Positions 12,430 to 26,282 of a DNA stretch of 64,000 bases are shown in pieces. The stretch spans positions 79,360,001 to 79,424,000 of the forward strand of contig OX597822.1 of NCBI GenBank assembly GCA_951406725.2. The letters run 5' to 3'. A model generated the notes under the pieces. It saw nothing but the letters and a program-made list of their open reading frames with translations. It was not told the DNA's origin and did not search any database. The translations under genes were made by a program, and so were the position numbers. Each line of letters begins with the position of its first letter. Position 1 is the stretch's first letter. Source of the DNA: Octopus vulgaris (Eukaryota).

Positions 12430-14537
12430 AAGGAAATCAGCAAAAAAAAAAAAAAGAGCAACTGGAAGGCCCCGGGACCTGATGGAGCTCAAGGCTACTG
12501 GATCAAAAGATTTGGTGAATGTCATGCATGAATAGCTGCGCAACTCAACACCTTGTTAAATGCTGACCAAGCAACACCAGAGTGGTTGACATTGGGTAGG
12601 ACAGTGCTGTGCTTGAAAAACATCGAAATAGGTAATACGGCAGACAATTACAGGCTGATATCCTGTTTGCTACTTTATTGACTGGAATACTCGCAGATGT
12701 ACGAACATCTAGAAAAAATGGAATCCTGCTACATGAGCAGAAGGGTTGCAAGCGTAAGTGCAGAGGGACCAAGGATCAAACACCTGATAGATGAAACTGT
12801 ACTCAGAGACTGCTAGAGGAGAAAAAGTAACTTAACCATTTCATTGATCGACTATCGTAAGGCGATTACTTGGGAAAAGTATGGCGAACTGGAGGACGGA
12901 CCTGACAGCATATGGAAGAAGTTTAGGGACAGTAGAAATTAGGAGGGGCATCTTCCAAGGGAACTGCTTGTCCCCACTGATCTTTGTACTGTGCTTGATA
13001 CCACTGACACTGATTCTGAGGAAAGCAAAAGCTGGATATGTATTCAAAAGCCGCCAACAAAAAGTCAACTATTTGTTATTCATGGATGACCTCAAACTTA
13101 ATGGTAAAGATGAAACCCAAGTCATTTCCCTCGTTGATACGATGTATACCTTCAGTGCTGATATCAGAATGGAGTTCGGACTGAGAAAGTGTGGTGTGTT
13201 AGTATTGTAGAGAGGCAAAACCAAATGTATGGATGGACTAACGATACCGTCGGGGGAAGTTATGAAGTAGATAGATGAGACGGGCTATAAGTACTTGGGG
13301 ATTTGGGAAATGGATAAATTGATGGAGAAAGAAATGACAAAAAATTTAAGGTGGAGTACTTGCGCAGACTGAGACTGATCCTTAAGTCGAAATTAAACGG
13401 ACGGAATAAGATCGAAGCTATCAACACCTGGGCAGTTTCACTCACAGCTTAGACAGAAAGACAAGGAAGTTGCTAACTAGATATGGGTCACTCCACCCAA
13501 AAAGTGACACAGACAGACTGTATGTACCAAGAAAAAGAAGGGGAAGAAGACTTATTGGATGCAAACACAACATTAGAGCAGAAGAAAACAACATAGCATG
13601 ATATGTAAAAAATGCCACAGAACAGTTATTACTAGAAGTAAGAAGGTCAGGCTTGTGTAGGATGAAAGATTGCAAAGATAAAGCACTATACAAGAAATTG
13701 AAAACGAATGAAATTGAAAATAGGTGGGTAAAGAAAAGAATTCATGGTGAATTTCATAGGGATTTTGAAGATAAGACAAGGAAAAAAGATGGTGTGGATG
13801 ACTAAAAGTGATTCAAAACCGGAAACGGAGGCTCTGATCTGTGCTGCCCAAGAGCAAGCACTAAGAACAAATTACATAAAATACAGAATAGACAGCACAT
13901 CAGAAAGTGATAAGTGCAGAATCTGTGAACAAAACGGTGAAACCGTATGGCATGTTACCAGCCAATGTACGCCACTAGCCCAGAAGGAATATAAGAGACG
14001 TCACGACAATATAGCCAGGCTTGTCCATTGGACACTTTGCAACAAGTATGAACTTGACAGAGCAAAAAATTGGTACGGCCACAAACCTGAAGGCATTGTC
14101 AAAAATAGAAATGCAAAGATCCTATGGGATTTTATGATTCAGTGCAACCATGAAATTGAGAATAGGAAGCCGGACATAGTCTTAATTGAGAAAGAAAGCA
14201 AACTATACTGGATCATAGATATAGCATGCCTAGATGACAGCAAGGTATGTAATAATGAAGAAAGAAAAGTCGAGAGATATGACAGGTTAGCTTGGGAAGT
14301 TAAGCAGTTGTGGTCGATGAAAAAGGTAGCCGTAGTACCAATAATTATCGGAGCCCTGGGAACAGTGAGCAAAAATCTCGAGAAGTACGTGGAACAAATA
14401 GGGGCTGCAATAAGGGTGCAACACTTGCAGAAAACAGCACTGCTTGGAACCGCTCGAATACTCCGGAAGGTGCTCGAAAAATAAGGTGTTATCTTAGTTC
14501 ACTGGTAGTGAACAGCTGACACTGTAGTACATCTCCA
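12425..14537 (+). mobile_element. 5'-truncated, degraded R4/Dong-type non-LTR retrotransposon (RT, CCHC knuckle, restriction-like endonuclease)
   Basis: WKAPGPDG near 12463, RGIFQGNCLSP, LLFMDDLKL, CRIC...ETVWHVTSQC, YKRRHDNIA, KPDIV...IIDIAC, and terminal LLGTARILRKVL. Multiple frameshifts and stops. Confidence 0.92.
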
Positions 14538-14885
14538 CACGGGCCTATCGAACCGCTTCATCCCTTCTTGTCTCAGATCAAGGTTCACATTGAAGAAATG
14601 GTCAAGGTCCAATCTTATCACGAGCATTTCGGTTGTAATGTCTTTACTAAACGCCTCATCAAAGATTCTGACTAGGCCCCCCTCTATTCTAATTTTCTCT
14701 GTCTTATTGAACCTTATCGAACCTACTTGAATGCATTTCCAGGGCAAACCACCGATTGTTGTTGAGGATTTCCCCCGTCAAACCCTACTTAACTAATTCT
14801 CTAATCTGATCTTTGTAAGCTTCTGGCGTTCTCGATAGCTACATCTGGGGTGATGTTTCCGATATTGTTTTTAACACAACACGTC
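14538..14885 (-). mobile_element. Probable L1/Tx1-type fragment (linker after the endonuclease)
   Basis: Reverse strand reads PEAYKDQIRELV...NNRWFAL...SIRF, similar to QAYRNRINE following GYWKLN near 17990. It truncates the Dong element's 3' UTR. Confidence 0.4.
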
Positions 14886-15115
14886 CATAGTAGATGCTAT
14901 CTCAAGACGATCATCGCTGTGTCTGGCCTATTAACGTGTATGTACATTAGGTATGATTCATAGATTGCAATTTTAAAGGAAGACTATTTTTCGAAACATT
15001 AAAAGAAGCAAAATTTAAAATGGCATTGTGTTTAATCGACCAGACATAGTTGTATTTAAAAGATAGTAGCTGAAGTATCAATAGAAACAACAACGGTAAC
15101 AACAACAATAGCAGC

Positions 15116-15116
15116 A

Positions 15117-15182
<66 letters not shown>

Positions 15183-15200
15183 GCTACTGCTGCTGCAGCA

Positions 15201-15235
<35 letters not shown>

Positions 15236-15243
15236 AACTGCTG

Positions 15244-15301
<58 letters not shown>

Positions 15302-15315
15302 AACTGCTGCTGCTG

Positions 15316-15369
<54 letters not shown>

Positions 15370-15378
15370 GTAATAATA
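15116..15378. repeat. (CTA)n/(CTG)n trinucleotide microsatellite
   Basis: Seen directly in the sequence. Confidence 0.95.
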
Positions 15379-15572
15379 ACACAAAAACAGTCGCAAAAGC
15401 AGCAGCAGCAGCAGCGAAAGGTCGTGCAAAGCCAACTGTAGCAGGACAAACTAAACATTCCTCGTTCCCCCTGTAAGATAACAGCAACGTCAACAATGCT
15501 ACTAACGACAGCAGCAGTGAAAATACAGCAAAAATTACTTCTTTTGCCAAGATCACAAGCATTTTCTATTTC

Positions 15573-16130
15573 ATGTTCCAAGAGAATAGGCACGAAATCT
15601 TAAAAGAGGTGAAGAAACACATCAACAGACGAGAACAGTCAAAAGTTACGCTCAATATACCGCAACACCTTTTAGACCGAACAGAAAGGAAAAGAATTCT
15701 GTATAGATTCCTATTGACACAAATTAGAGTGTATATCTCCAGGCCAAGCTTAACTATGTTTAAGGAACATGTGATAAGGTATCAATTTTGTGGGTCATGC
15801 TCATAAATTCGGATACATCCGAGTCATTTTCCATTTGGAAACCCTAGCCAAGAAGCATTCAACTGTCCTACAAAAGACTGAAAAATTCTGTCTGATACCA
15901 ATTGACAGAGCCGTTCGAGTACAAATCACAAATGTATCAGCAGAACTAGATTTCTGCTGGGTAGTGAGTCATTTATCTTCACTGGAATATAAATGATTCC
16001 GAAAAGAAAATTGGATAGGGAAAGGTTGGAAATTTTAATAGAGGCAAACTTCAGATGGTAGTGGTGTGTAGAAGGCCTTGATATAACAACTGTGTAAATA
16101 CTAACCACCTCAAACCTTTCTGCTTCCAAC
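15573..16130 (+). pseudogene. Possible degraded ORF1 of the downstream L1/Tx1-like element
   Basis: Broken frames KFGYIRVIF...VRVQITNVSAELDFCWVVSHL look RRM-like and lie upstream of, and co-oriented with, the endonuclease remnant. Confidence 0.35.
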
Positions 16131-16411
16131 AACAATAGAAAATAACAGATGAATGAAAGCCTCATCTTCAACATCAATAACAACAACAGCAACCACATCA
16201 CAATAATAATCACAACAGCATGCAGCTACAACAACAGTGATTGCAATATTAAGTACAAGACTGGACACAAAAACAACAAAAGAAACACTTCCCGCTAGAG
16301 CCACCACCACCACCACCACGGCACTACCAAGAACAGCACGTGAAAGCCCCTAATCAACAACAGTGAAATAAATGGACAATAATCCTCCAAACATGTTCCT
16401 CCCGCTTGGGA

Positions 16412-16646
16412 TTATTTCTTTACTGCCCACAAGAGGCTACACACAGAGGGGACAAACAAGGACCGACAAACGGATTATGTCGATTATATCGATCCCAGTG
16501 CGTAACTGGTACTTATTTAATCGACCCCGAAAGGATGAAAGGCAAAGTCGACCTCGGCGGAATTTGAACTCAGAACGTAGCTGGAGACGAAATACCGCTA
16601 AGCATTTCGCCCGGCGTGCTAACGTTTCTGCCAGCTCACCGCCTTT
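16412..16646 (-). mobile_element. SINE family A, full length
   Basis: Complete reverse copy flanked by an imperfect TSD 'cgcttgg(g)att'. Confidence 0.9.
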
Positions 16647-17259
16647 AATTCGCTTGGATTAGGCATGTCGTGTGAATGGGACGGTGAGGAGCTTAAATGA
16701 CAAAAAGTTACTAATACAAAGAGAAAAGAAACAAAACAGATAAAAAAAAACTGGCAGATCTGAGCAAATGGGTGAAGTGCTTTTGAGCATCAATGCACCA
16801 ACATCAATCCCTAACAGCGGCTACACCAGTACTATCAACGTCTTCATACTTATCTCTACCACTACCACTATTACAGTCACCGCAATGATAAGTACAAGCG
16901 TAACTTAATTCACATAAACAAGGGTCAGATTCACTTTGCAGCATGAACAATTAAAGAAATCATTACAGCCATAAACACAAGCAATAAAGAACTAATGGAG
17001 AACATTCATCAACATGCCAGCATCAAACATGTTTAACTACATCACATTAACTGATAGCATTCTAGCACACATAAATATCATGCTGCCAATTAACAACTCA
17101 GGTATAGCATCTTGAAAAATACCACAAAGGGATAGTCGGCATCAGGGGAAATATAAACAAAAGAGCCATTTGTGGAAACACCTGCAACCAACCTTTTCTC
17201 CACGGAATTAGAACAAGTGGTCTATTCTCACTTTCACCTTTCCGATTAATACCTCAATT

Positions 17260-18030
17260 CTCTTACTTAGGTAATATAACGCACGTGGCTTGGGGTCAAT
17301 ATGGAAGCAAGGCCATCTGCTCAACGAGCGCAGGTCACTAGATATGGATATAGTGGCCATGAGCGAGACCAGAATCTCCGAGCCACAAGCTTTCACGCCC
17401 ATTTTTGATGGATACAAGGTATAAATATCTTGAAATTGAATGGGATTAGGAGGCCTAGTGGCTGTGTTGGTTTGATCTCACGATACTATCTATCTTCATG
17501 GACACCGAAGTTGGCAGTCCTAGATATAAGCAGTAGCAAAGGGTTACCTTCAGACCAGCTGCTGTCTACATCACAACAGGTACGGAGCAACCAGGTTTCT
17601 TCAGGCGTCTGGAGGTCTTCTTCGAAACATGCTGCTCTTTAATGTTAATGGACCATTGGAACACCATCTTGGATGCACGTTTCGATTGTGAGTTAGCTGA
17701 TTGGGGAGTGGGGTGCAAAAGCCTTGCAAACCTACTCAGATGTTTGCAGCTGTTTGACTTGTTCCGAATAGATTTCCTGAAAATGCCAATGAACAAACAA
17801 CACGGGAATATCCAGATCGTATCAAGAGAGAATATTCTGTAGGCCAGTAGAAAGGGATAGAATAAGCTGTTCACAATTTCGAATCATCGGCTACACAGAC
17901 CACAAATTTGACATTTGTACGATCGACCTAGACATGTTACGTAAGCAGGGACTCGGTTACTGGAAGCTGAACGCGTTGCTCTCGTCGCGCCAAGCTTACA
18001 GAAACAGAATTAACGAATGACATTAACGAA
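17260..18030 (+). mobile_element. Degraded L1/Tx1-type AP-endonuclease domain
   Basis: YNARGLGS...DIVAMSETR at 17275, DHWNTILD, YTDHK, GLGYWKLNALL; frameshifted. Confidence 0.85.
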
Positions 18031-18216
18031 TTTTGTTTTCGTGGGAATGCTTCAAGAAAGCTCCCCCACCTTCATTGCTGTTCACGTTCAAGACTACTGA
18101 TACATCATAAGAGTATTGAAAGATCATGAGTACTTTTAGGTCCGTGGATTTTCAAACGGCACTAGCCGCATTACTCGCTGAATAATATAATATAGAATAA
18201 GACTACACAAAGACAT

Positions 18217-18281
<65 letters not shown>

Positions 18282-18285
<4 letters not shown>

Positions 18286-18470
18286 ATCCAAACATGAAAA
18301 CACAACAACGCGAGGATGTGGAACAAGTATAGTATTATTGGACGCTCAGGAAAGAAGGCAAGAAGGAGGGTTTAACGTTTCGAGCGGAGCTCTTCGTCAG
18401 AAACATAGGAAAAGGAAAGATCCAAAGAAGGGAAGACGGAGGAAAAAATCGCCAACGGTACACACGCGGT

Positions 18471-18472
<2 letters not shown>
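18282..18472 (-). mobile_element. Putative Penelope-like terminal repeat with an intact minimal hammerhead core (18370-18404)
   Basis: Reverse strand reads gttt-CTGACGA-agagc-tcc-gctc-GAAAC-GTT-aaac. A second copy lies at 35300-35510. Confidence 0.7.
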
Positions 18473-18502
<30 letters not shown>

Positions 18503-19016
18503 CGTATCCTATTATAATTTTGAGTGATGTTTCTCTGTCCATTACCTTTTTATATTCGTTAACTCGTTCTAGACCGTTGGTGCTAGGACAACGAAACTCA
18601 AACCAGCAACTCAACTCCCCTAATCCCAGGGGTCTATTTTTTAAAGAGCCGCCTAATTGGGGGCCCACTGACACCCCTATTTTTACTGCATTTTAAACTA
18701 AATACATGGCATTGGCGACCAAATCGGAGCAATGTCAATGAATTTCATGCCATGAACTCTCAGGGAGTATCGTAAAGAGGTTCAATTTCTGAAGGGACGC
18801 TTAAATGGGACCCCACTGACACACCCTATTTTTACTGTGTTTACCTCGCTCCTACGCTTGTTGATTAAACTATGATCAGCATCAGTGCTTAGTACATTTG
18901 CAGAAATAAGTTTAGGCATTCTACATATCTTCATGTACATTCAGATCGAGATAAAGTTATAACAGGCACGTTCCTAGTGTGGTAGTGTGGCAATTTATAT
19001 TTTGTAGTTTATGAAA

Positions 19017-19017
<1 letters not shown>

Positions 19018-19047
<30 letters not shown>

Positions 19048-19197
19048 GTCATCATCCAGTGTTTTAAATCTGGGTTTTGTCCCTGTTATCGGGGGTGGCC
19101 GGATCTACCTCAATGCCATAGCAACCGAAGTAGGCAGGTGCAGCCCACCCCAACCTTTGGGCTGGCTGATGCCCATTCTCCTTTGCTATCATGAAGC
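19018..19197 (-). mobile_element. 180-bp retro-insertion with a (GAT)n tail
   Basis: Perfect 18-bp TSD 'ttttgtagtttatgaaac' at 19000-19017 and 19198-19215. Confidence 0.8.
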
Positions 19198-19426
19198 TTT
19201 TGTAGTTTATGAAACTTATGTCTAGTATATATGTATATGTATTAAGGTCTTGATATTCTAATATTTGTTTCTCTCTACAGTTTGTACAAGGCCTGAAGTT
19301 ATAGTAGAAAGCATAAAAAAAAGAATGTTTCGCATTTCTTCTGGTTCTTTACGCTCTGAGTTCAAAATTTACCGAGGTCAACAACACCACACTCACACAC
19401 ACGCACGTCCACACGTGCACACACAC

Positions 19427-19505
<79 letters not shown>

Positions 19506-19997
19506 TCGTTACTAATCTATGCAAACAGTAGTATAGAAGAAATGAATGAAGTTGAACAAGCACCAAGAGTATAAATGAAGATTTATTTATATCATAATTA
19601 ATAGACTTATAACGGGTATGTTCTATGTTGAAGGCGAAGATGATGATGTTGATGCTGACTTCAAGAAAGAAAGACATTGGCCGAAGTTGTAAAATGACAT
19701 ATTTATTTCACCATTACATATAATTAAAACCAAACCATGACGGACAGGCGTGTATATAAAAAGAGTCGGAAAGCATATGAGGCAACGAGAGTTATATTTT
19801 CTTGTAAAAGGGCAGATAGCGTTGGACTTACTTAATCTCTGTCATTCTAGCAGCGGTGACTAAACAAAGTGATGTTGTTGAAACGAAAATGAGTGAATGA
19901 GAAAATAAGAGAGGGGTGGGCAAGGCAACTGTATCCCTGGTGGATTCCATAACTGTCCTTCTATGACGTTCTGTCGAGACGGTATTTAGAGCCGGTT

Positions 19998-20413
19998 AAG
20001 GCGGCGAGCTGGCAGAAACGTTAGCACGCCGGGTGAAATGCTTAGCGGTATTTCGTCTGCGTTACGTTGTGAGTTCAAATTCCGCCGAGGTCGACTTTGC
20101 CTTTCATCCTTTCGGGGTCGATAAATTAAGTACCAGTTACGCTCTGGGGTCGATGTAATCGACTTAATACCTATGTCTGTCCTTGTTTGTCCCCTCTGTG
20201 TTTAGCCCCTTGTGGATAATAAAGAAATAGGTATTTCGTCTGCCGTTACGTTCTGAGTTCAAATTCCGCCGAGGTCGACTTGGCCTTTCATCTTTTCGGG
20301 GTCGATTAAATAAATACCAGTTACGCACTGGTGTCGATATAAACGACTTAATCCGTTTGTCTGCCCTTGTTTGTCCTCTCTGTGTTTAGCCCCTTGTGGG
20401 TAATAACAAAATA
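19998..20413 (+). mobile_element. SINE family A dimer (full unit plus headless unit)
   Basis: Head 'aaggcggcgagctggcagaaacgttagc', B-box-like 'gagttcaaattcc'; 16-bp TSD 'ggtatttagagccggt' at 19981 and 20414. Confidence 0.92.
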
Positions 20414-20804
20414 GGTATTTAGAGCCGGTCGGCCTGCTCTCTGTCGGTCGCTCTCACTCACAGCTTTCTCCTAACAGAATGCTGATATTTATAATTGAGT
20501 AGACCAGCTAGGAAAATGGATATACCGTTATACCAATGGCTAAATTAATGTAGGTCGCACTTTGTTTACATAAACTTTCTGTGGCATAGCAAGGTCCTGG
20601 GTCAAACGGAAACCGTATTAATTAGCATTTCCTTTCGACAGGACAATCGATCGTATGGCTAGGGAGAATTTCCAGATTCGGTTTCGAATCTCAGGCAGGT
20701 AGGGTCAAACGAGGTCCTACACACTTAACCGGTTTCATTTTTGACTGTTTTTTTTCAAATGTGTATATTTCGAAGAACGTAGCGCTGTGTGAGTGTGTGT
20801 GTGA

Positions 20805-20842
<38 letters not shown>

Positions 20843-21926
20843 GAGAAAGAGATATTGAGAAAGAGAGAGAGAGTGTGTGTATGTGTGTGTGTGTTGAAAC
20901 GGCGTTAAATTAAAATCGCCATTCGTGTATCGTCCTAAATGTATTCAAACCATTAGAAGGCTGAGGAATAGTCTGAGATTTTAAATCTATTCATAGACTT
21001 GTGTTAAAAGCAGAATATACGTCGGAGCGAGACGAACAACGCTCCAGCTATGAATGACTCGCGAGAATAGCAAACGCTCTCTGCCTTTGTTGAAGTTTGT
21101 CAATGTCGTACTGTCGACTGTCACCTACTTAAAAGAAATTCGTACCTTAATATTTAGAGGTGTAAAGGACCAAGAATGAAGTCGGGCAGTCAACAATATT
21201 CCACACGGGAGTTCAAGGATGGTCTTACAGTGACAACCACGACCCATGGGATGCAGAACAACTGACAACTTCATTGAACAGATGCCAACATGCTGAGGGG
21301 GAAAGGGGGAGGGGGCTAAACGTCACCAGCACCACCATAACCACGACGACGACGATGATGACGACGACGATGACGACGACGACGACAACGACGACCATCA
21401 CCACCACCATTACTAATTTCGCTACCAGCACCACTACCACCACCACTGCCAGTTAATGTTATCGAACGGTTCATGTTGAAGAACGTTTGTTAATAACCAT
21501 CAGCAATGGCTGAATGAAAGTGTATATCTCGGGCTCTTTATCTCTGAAAGGCCTGCCTGAAACTATTACATCCGGTGTATGAATCTCGTAAAGATTGTAT
21601 AAAAAAAAAGGAAAAGAATAAAAAAAACCGAACGAAATTCACGGCCAAAATAGAACAAATCAAAGCCCGCCCTTAAGCCCATCAGAGTTACGTCCCTTAG
21701 ATTGGTCGCTTAGCCATTGTCCTGCACTTCAGTATTCGAGGAGTATATGGGTGTGAAAAGAGGGTGAGGGTGAGACAGAGGGTGAGAGTGAGAAGGAAGG
21801 TGAGGGTGAAAGAAAGAGTGAGGACAGAAGAAAGAGGAAGATAGTAGAGATGGAGAGAGACCGGAAGCAGGTAGGGATGGGCTTCTGTGGTCGTGTAAAT
21901 ATATGGGTATATATACACATATATCC

Positions 21927-21957
<31 letters not shown>

Positions 21958-21962
21958 TGTAT

Positions 21963-22313
21963 TGTGAAGGCGCGTGGCTCAGTGGTTAGAGCGTCGAGCT
22001 TACGATCGTGAGGTTGTGAGCTCGAATCCCGGACCGGGCTGCGTGTTGTGTTCTTGAGCAAGACACTTTATTTCACGTTGCTCCAGTTCACTCAGCTGTA
22101 GAAATGAGTTGCGACGTCACAGGTGCCAAGCTGTATCGACCTTTGTCTTTCCCTTGGATAACACTGGTGGCGTGGAGAGGGGAGGCTGGTATGCATGGGC
22201 GACTACTGGTCTTCCATAAAAAAAACCTTGCCCAGACTTGTGCCTCAGAGGGTAACTCTCTAGGTGCAAACCCATGGTTACTCATGACCGAAGGGGGTCT
22301 TTACCCTTACCTT
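21963..22313 (+). mobile_element. SINE family C, full length (tail Y)
   Basis: A box 'tggctcagtggttagagc', B box 'gagctcgaatccc', CORE-like 'gtgttcttgagcaagacactt'; copies at 29116 and 54702. Confidence 0.9.
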
Positions 22314-22354
22314 ATGTATGTATGTATGTATGTATGTGTGTGTGTTTGTGTGTT

Positions 22355-22404
<50 letters not shown>

Positions 22405-22795
22405 TGCGTGCGTGTGCATGTGTGTATGCCTCTTGCAATCGGTTGATGGTGTCATTAAAACGTCCGATATCACGCGCATCCACATGTTTCGGCTCTCGGC
22501 ATTGTGATTTCAAATCCGGGTGAGCTCTTCTTTACCTTTCGTCCTTTCAAGGTCGATAAATGAAGTACCAATCCAGTTCTAGCGTAACCCCCTGTCTCTC
22601 TCTCTCCCCACTTGTCATATCTTCAATGTTCTGCTGAGTCAAGAGTAGGCGTACATAAAAGGGATCTGTGTCAACTCGTGTTTACAACTGGGAATCGAAC
22701 CCACGCTCTAGCGATTGTGAGTGTGACTCCCTAAGCACTAGGTCACATATATACACATATATTCACATATATACACATATATTCACATATATATA

Positions 22796-22958
22796 GGCGC
22801 AGGAGTGGCTGTGTGGTAAGCAGCTTGCTAACCAACCACATGGTTCCGGATTCAGTCCCACTGCGTGGCATCTTGGGCAAGTGTCTTCTGCTATAGCCCC
22901 GGGCCGACCAATGCCTTGAGAGTGGATTTGGTAGACGGAAACTGAAAGAAGCTTGTCG

Positions 22959-23017
<59 letters not shown>

Positions 23018-23243
23018 GTATGTATGTGTGTGTTTGTGTGTCTGTGTTTGTCCCCCTAGCATTGCTTGACAACCGATGCTGGTGTGTTTACGTCCCCGTG
23101 ACTTAGCGGTTCGGCAAAAGAGACCGATAGAATAAGTACTGGGCTTACAAAGAATAAGTACCGGGGTCGATTTGCTCGACTAAAGGCGGTGCTCCAGCAT
23201 GGCCGCAGTCAAATGACTGAAACGAGTAAAAGAGTAAAGAGTA
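22796..23243 (+). mobile_element. SINE family B, full length, with internal microsatellite
   Basis: Head 'ggcgcaggagtggctgtgtggtaag...ttcagtccc', CORE-like 'cttgggcaagtgtctt', tail 'gactgaaacgagtaaaagagtaaagag'. Confidence 0.92.
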
Positions 23244-25557
23244 CATGATAGCTGTAAACATGTAGGCGAGTAAGTCTAGCTGACAAAGCAATGCCTATAC
23301 AAAATGTTATTTCTCACAAGACTTGCACAACACATCATAGATCCTCTCCACCCTATTGACAAATCCTCCAAGACGGTGCCCCAGCATGGCCGCAGTCCTA
23401 TGACTGAAACACGCGAAGGAATAAAAGAACAGCTGTTAACATAATCTTTTAATTTTAAGAATTTCATAACTGATGTTTTCTATTCGTCAGCTGAAGTTGT
23501 CTCCCTTGCACCATAACTCCCTCGTTAAAGAGGCGTTTACTACATAGCAAGTACATTCACTCCTCTTTTACCACGGGGCATAAACTCCTCGTTTATCACG
23601 GGGTTTTAAACTACCCCCCAAAGTGATAGATGAATCATCTCAATGCATTTTATAAATGGAATGAATGGTAAATTCACTGACACGAACTCAGCAAGGTAAA
23701 GATCCGAGAAAAACATTTACTAACAGAAAATTGTTAAAACAAATTATCTCTAAAATACCTTAAAATTATTACTGCTTCCAGTGTTCCTGGTTTTCGATGA
23801 GACACATGTTGCATGTAACCTTTATTTGCCGGGAAAATTGGAAGAATGACAAATAAGCCCCCTTCCTCTTTATTTTCTAACAAAACAGACCTTTATTTTC
23901 TTAGAAATTAGAGTGACCCCTAGCTAGCGAGACCACAATCAAATAGAAAATGGGATTGCACATTACATGGGCAAGGCGAACTGTAACCACACCCACTTCC
24001 GTTTTTTTTTCTTTTACAGAAACTCATGTTTTCGGCTTCCGGAGATTCCGAATCCGTAAAAGAAAATTGGCATTTCAAAATTTCAAAATAATGAAAGAAA
24101 TATGTAATCAATCTTCTCACCTTTCTGCAAAGATGTCTTTCAGAGAAATTTCTCGAAAATGAGGTTTACTGTGACAAAAAGTGAAATTAAAGTGTTAATT
24201 TTTTTTTTTTAACAATTGAAAGTGCTTTTTGTCTAGAAAATGAAACTCGAAATTAAAAAAAAATATGAGTCGCGCATTTGTGTGAGTTCAAAATCTATAT
24301 TGCTTACCTATTTGAACAAGTAAATGTTTAAACTTTCTAATAGGGTACCTCTTTTTCTCCAATTGTGGAAAAATTACAACTGGAAAAAAAGAATGTGAAC
24401 ATTGTAAATTATGTTAAACAAAAAAGAAAATAATGGAAAAAGAACTGATGAATGGACAAGTAATTAAAAGTCGCAAAAGAAAAAGTTTAATTTTCTGTTG
24501 TAAAATGACACATATGAACGGTTAAATTAAAGAAAAAAATGAAAGGGAAGGTCACAGCTTCGCATTGTAGTGAAACTAGAGGTAGTTTTAAAGTTCATTG
24601 TAAAGTCTAATTGTTAAGTTAATTGTAAAGTTTAATTGTATGTTTAATCGTAAAGTCTAATTGTAAAGTTTATTGTAAAGGTATTCACCGTTCATCTCGC
24701 AGCGGAGGCTAGGTGGCTGTCTCATTCGCATCATATCTATATTCATTTCATTTATCATTTTTCATCCGTCTTTATGTTCCCGCATGTCCATTGTATGTCC
24801 CTTCTATATATATCAGGCCTTGTGCCTATAATAAAGAGATAGCCTCTTTTTCTCCAACTCGACACCACCCGGTACCCTTGGCAAAAATCGACATTTCAAA
24901 ATTTCAGTTATACCTCCATCCCACTCAATTTCTTCACGTTTCACGTTTTTCGGAGTTCGAGGCAAAACACGTAGAAATTTGGTACTACTTAGATACAGAG
25001 GCCCCGACGCATCTGCATAACCCTAACCCCAACCCCTAACCTTAAGCCCGTGATACCCAACGTGGGGCATGCGTAGGGTTATACTGAATTTTTATACTTT
25101 TGTACACAATGTTTAGTACACCAACAGAGAAAGGGAGCAATTCAAGAATGAGTTATTAAAAAAAATTCTTTATATCCCTTCTGTGAACAATTTTATCAAA
25201 TTTTGGACATTTTAGAGACAACAGGTCTTTTTTTATAATCTTGTCACACAGATCTGATGTCACACCCTTCGATTTAGTGGTATGTGGAAACATGTAGGTA
25301 TTTACAAGCACGTGTGTATGTAGTATAGAACTGGTCAGTACTGAAAGCAATGCCATCTCAATTCCTTATGGAGAAATAAACCGGAGACAGACTTATGTGT
25401 GCGCATGTTTCTAAGAGTATTAACTCTTTTATCTCTGGCGCCAGTGAGGGATGAAAGAATTGAATGGGTTGAAATGGAGTGGAAGTAAGAGGTAGCGTCA
25501 GTGAGGGAAGAGAAAGAGGCAGAAAAAGAAAGACAGACAGATAGAGATAGATAGATA

Positions 25558-25590
<33 letters not shown>

Positions 25591-25593
25591 CAT

Positions 25594-25660
<67 letters not shown>

Positions 25661-26282
25661 TTTCGGATCTTTACCTTTTGACCGACAGATTTAAAAAATA
25701 ATTTTTTGTAACTTAACACTTTCAAACTTAGTTTACTAGTAGAATGTGTCACATAAAACATCTTTTACTCTAGGCATTGTTGAGAAAATTCTGTATTTTG
25801 GAAGTTATTTTTTGTTAAAATTGTCGTATTTCGGTAATTTCAACCAATCAATGACGTGTATTCAGCTGAATAAAATTACTGCTGTTGTTTGGATTTTAGA
25901 AATGATTTGGTGAGGCATGGCCAAAAATCGGTTGGGAACTACTGCCTTAAAGCCTAACTCCTAACCCTAAAACTAACCCTAAAAATTAACCCTAACTAGT
26001 ATGCACTGTAAAAACATATCGTTACGTGGATGCATTGCGACCTCCGTATTTAAGTAGTGCCGAAAATATTTTTGAGTACAATGTTTGCCCTATCGGAATT
26101 TACGATGGTAAGGGCCTGCGATTCGAAGCCTTCGCCAAGTATAACCTGTTAATACTGTTCCAATGTAACGATTTCGATCCCAACTATATGCTTCCGAGTT
26201 CAGTCCCACTGTATAGCATCATAGGCTATTGCACCAACCAAAGACTTGTGATAGGATTTTACCGACAGAAACTGTGTTGATA

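Noticed and set aside
21963-22040. tRNA gene-like sequence (also 51166 and 44935)
   Set aside because: It continues into multi-copy SINE bodies and lacks a proper acceptor stem and terminator.
23455-23495. Minus-strand CTGACGA...GAAA
   Set aside because: No stem I or stem III pairing; likely chance.
25018-25997. CCCTAA telomere-like motifs at about 25020 and 25960
   Set aside because: Only 3-4 degenerate units inside probable repeat fragments; not a telomeric array.
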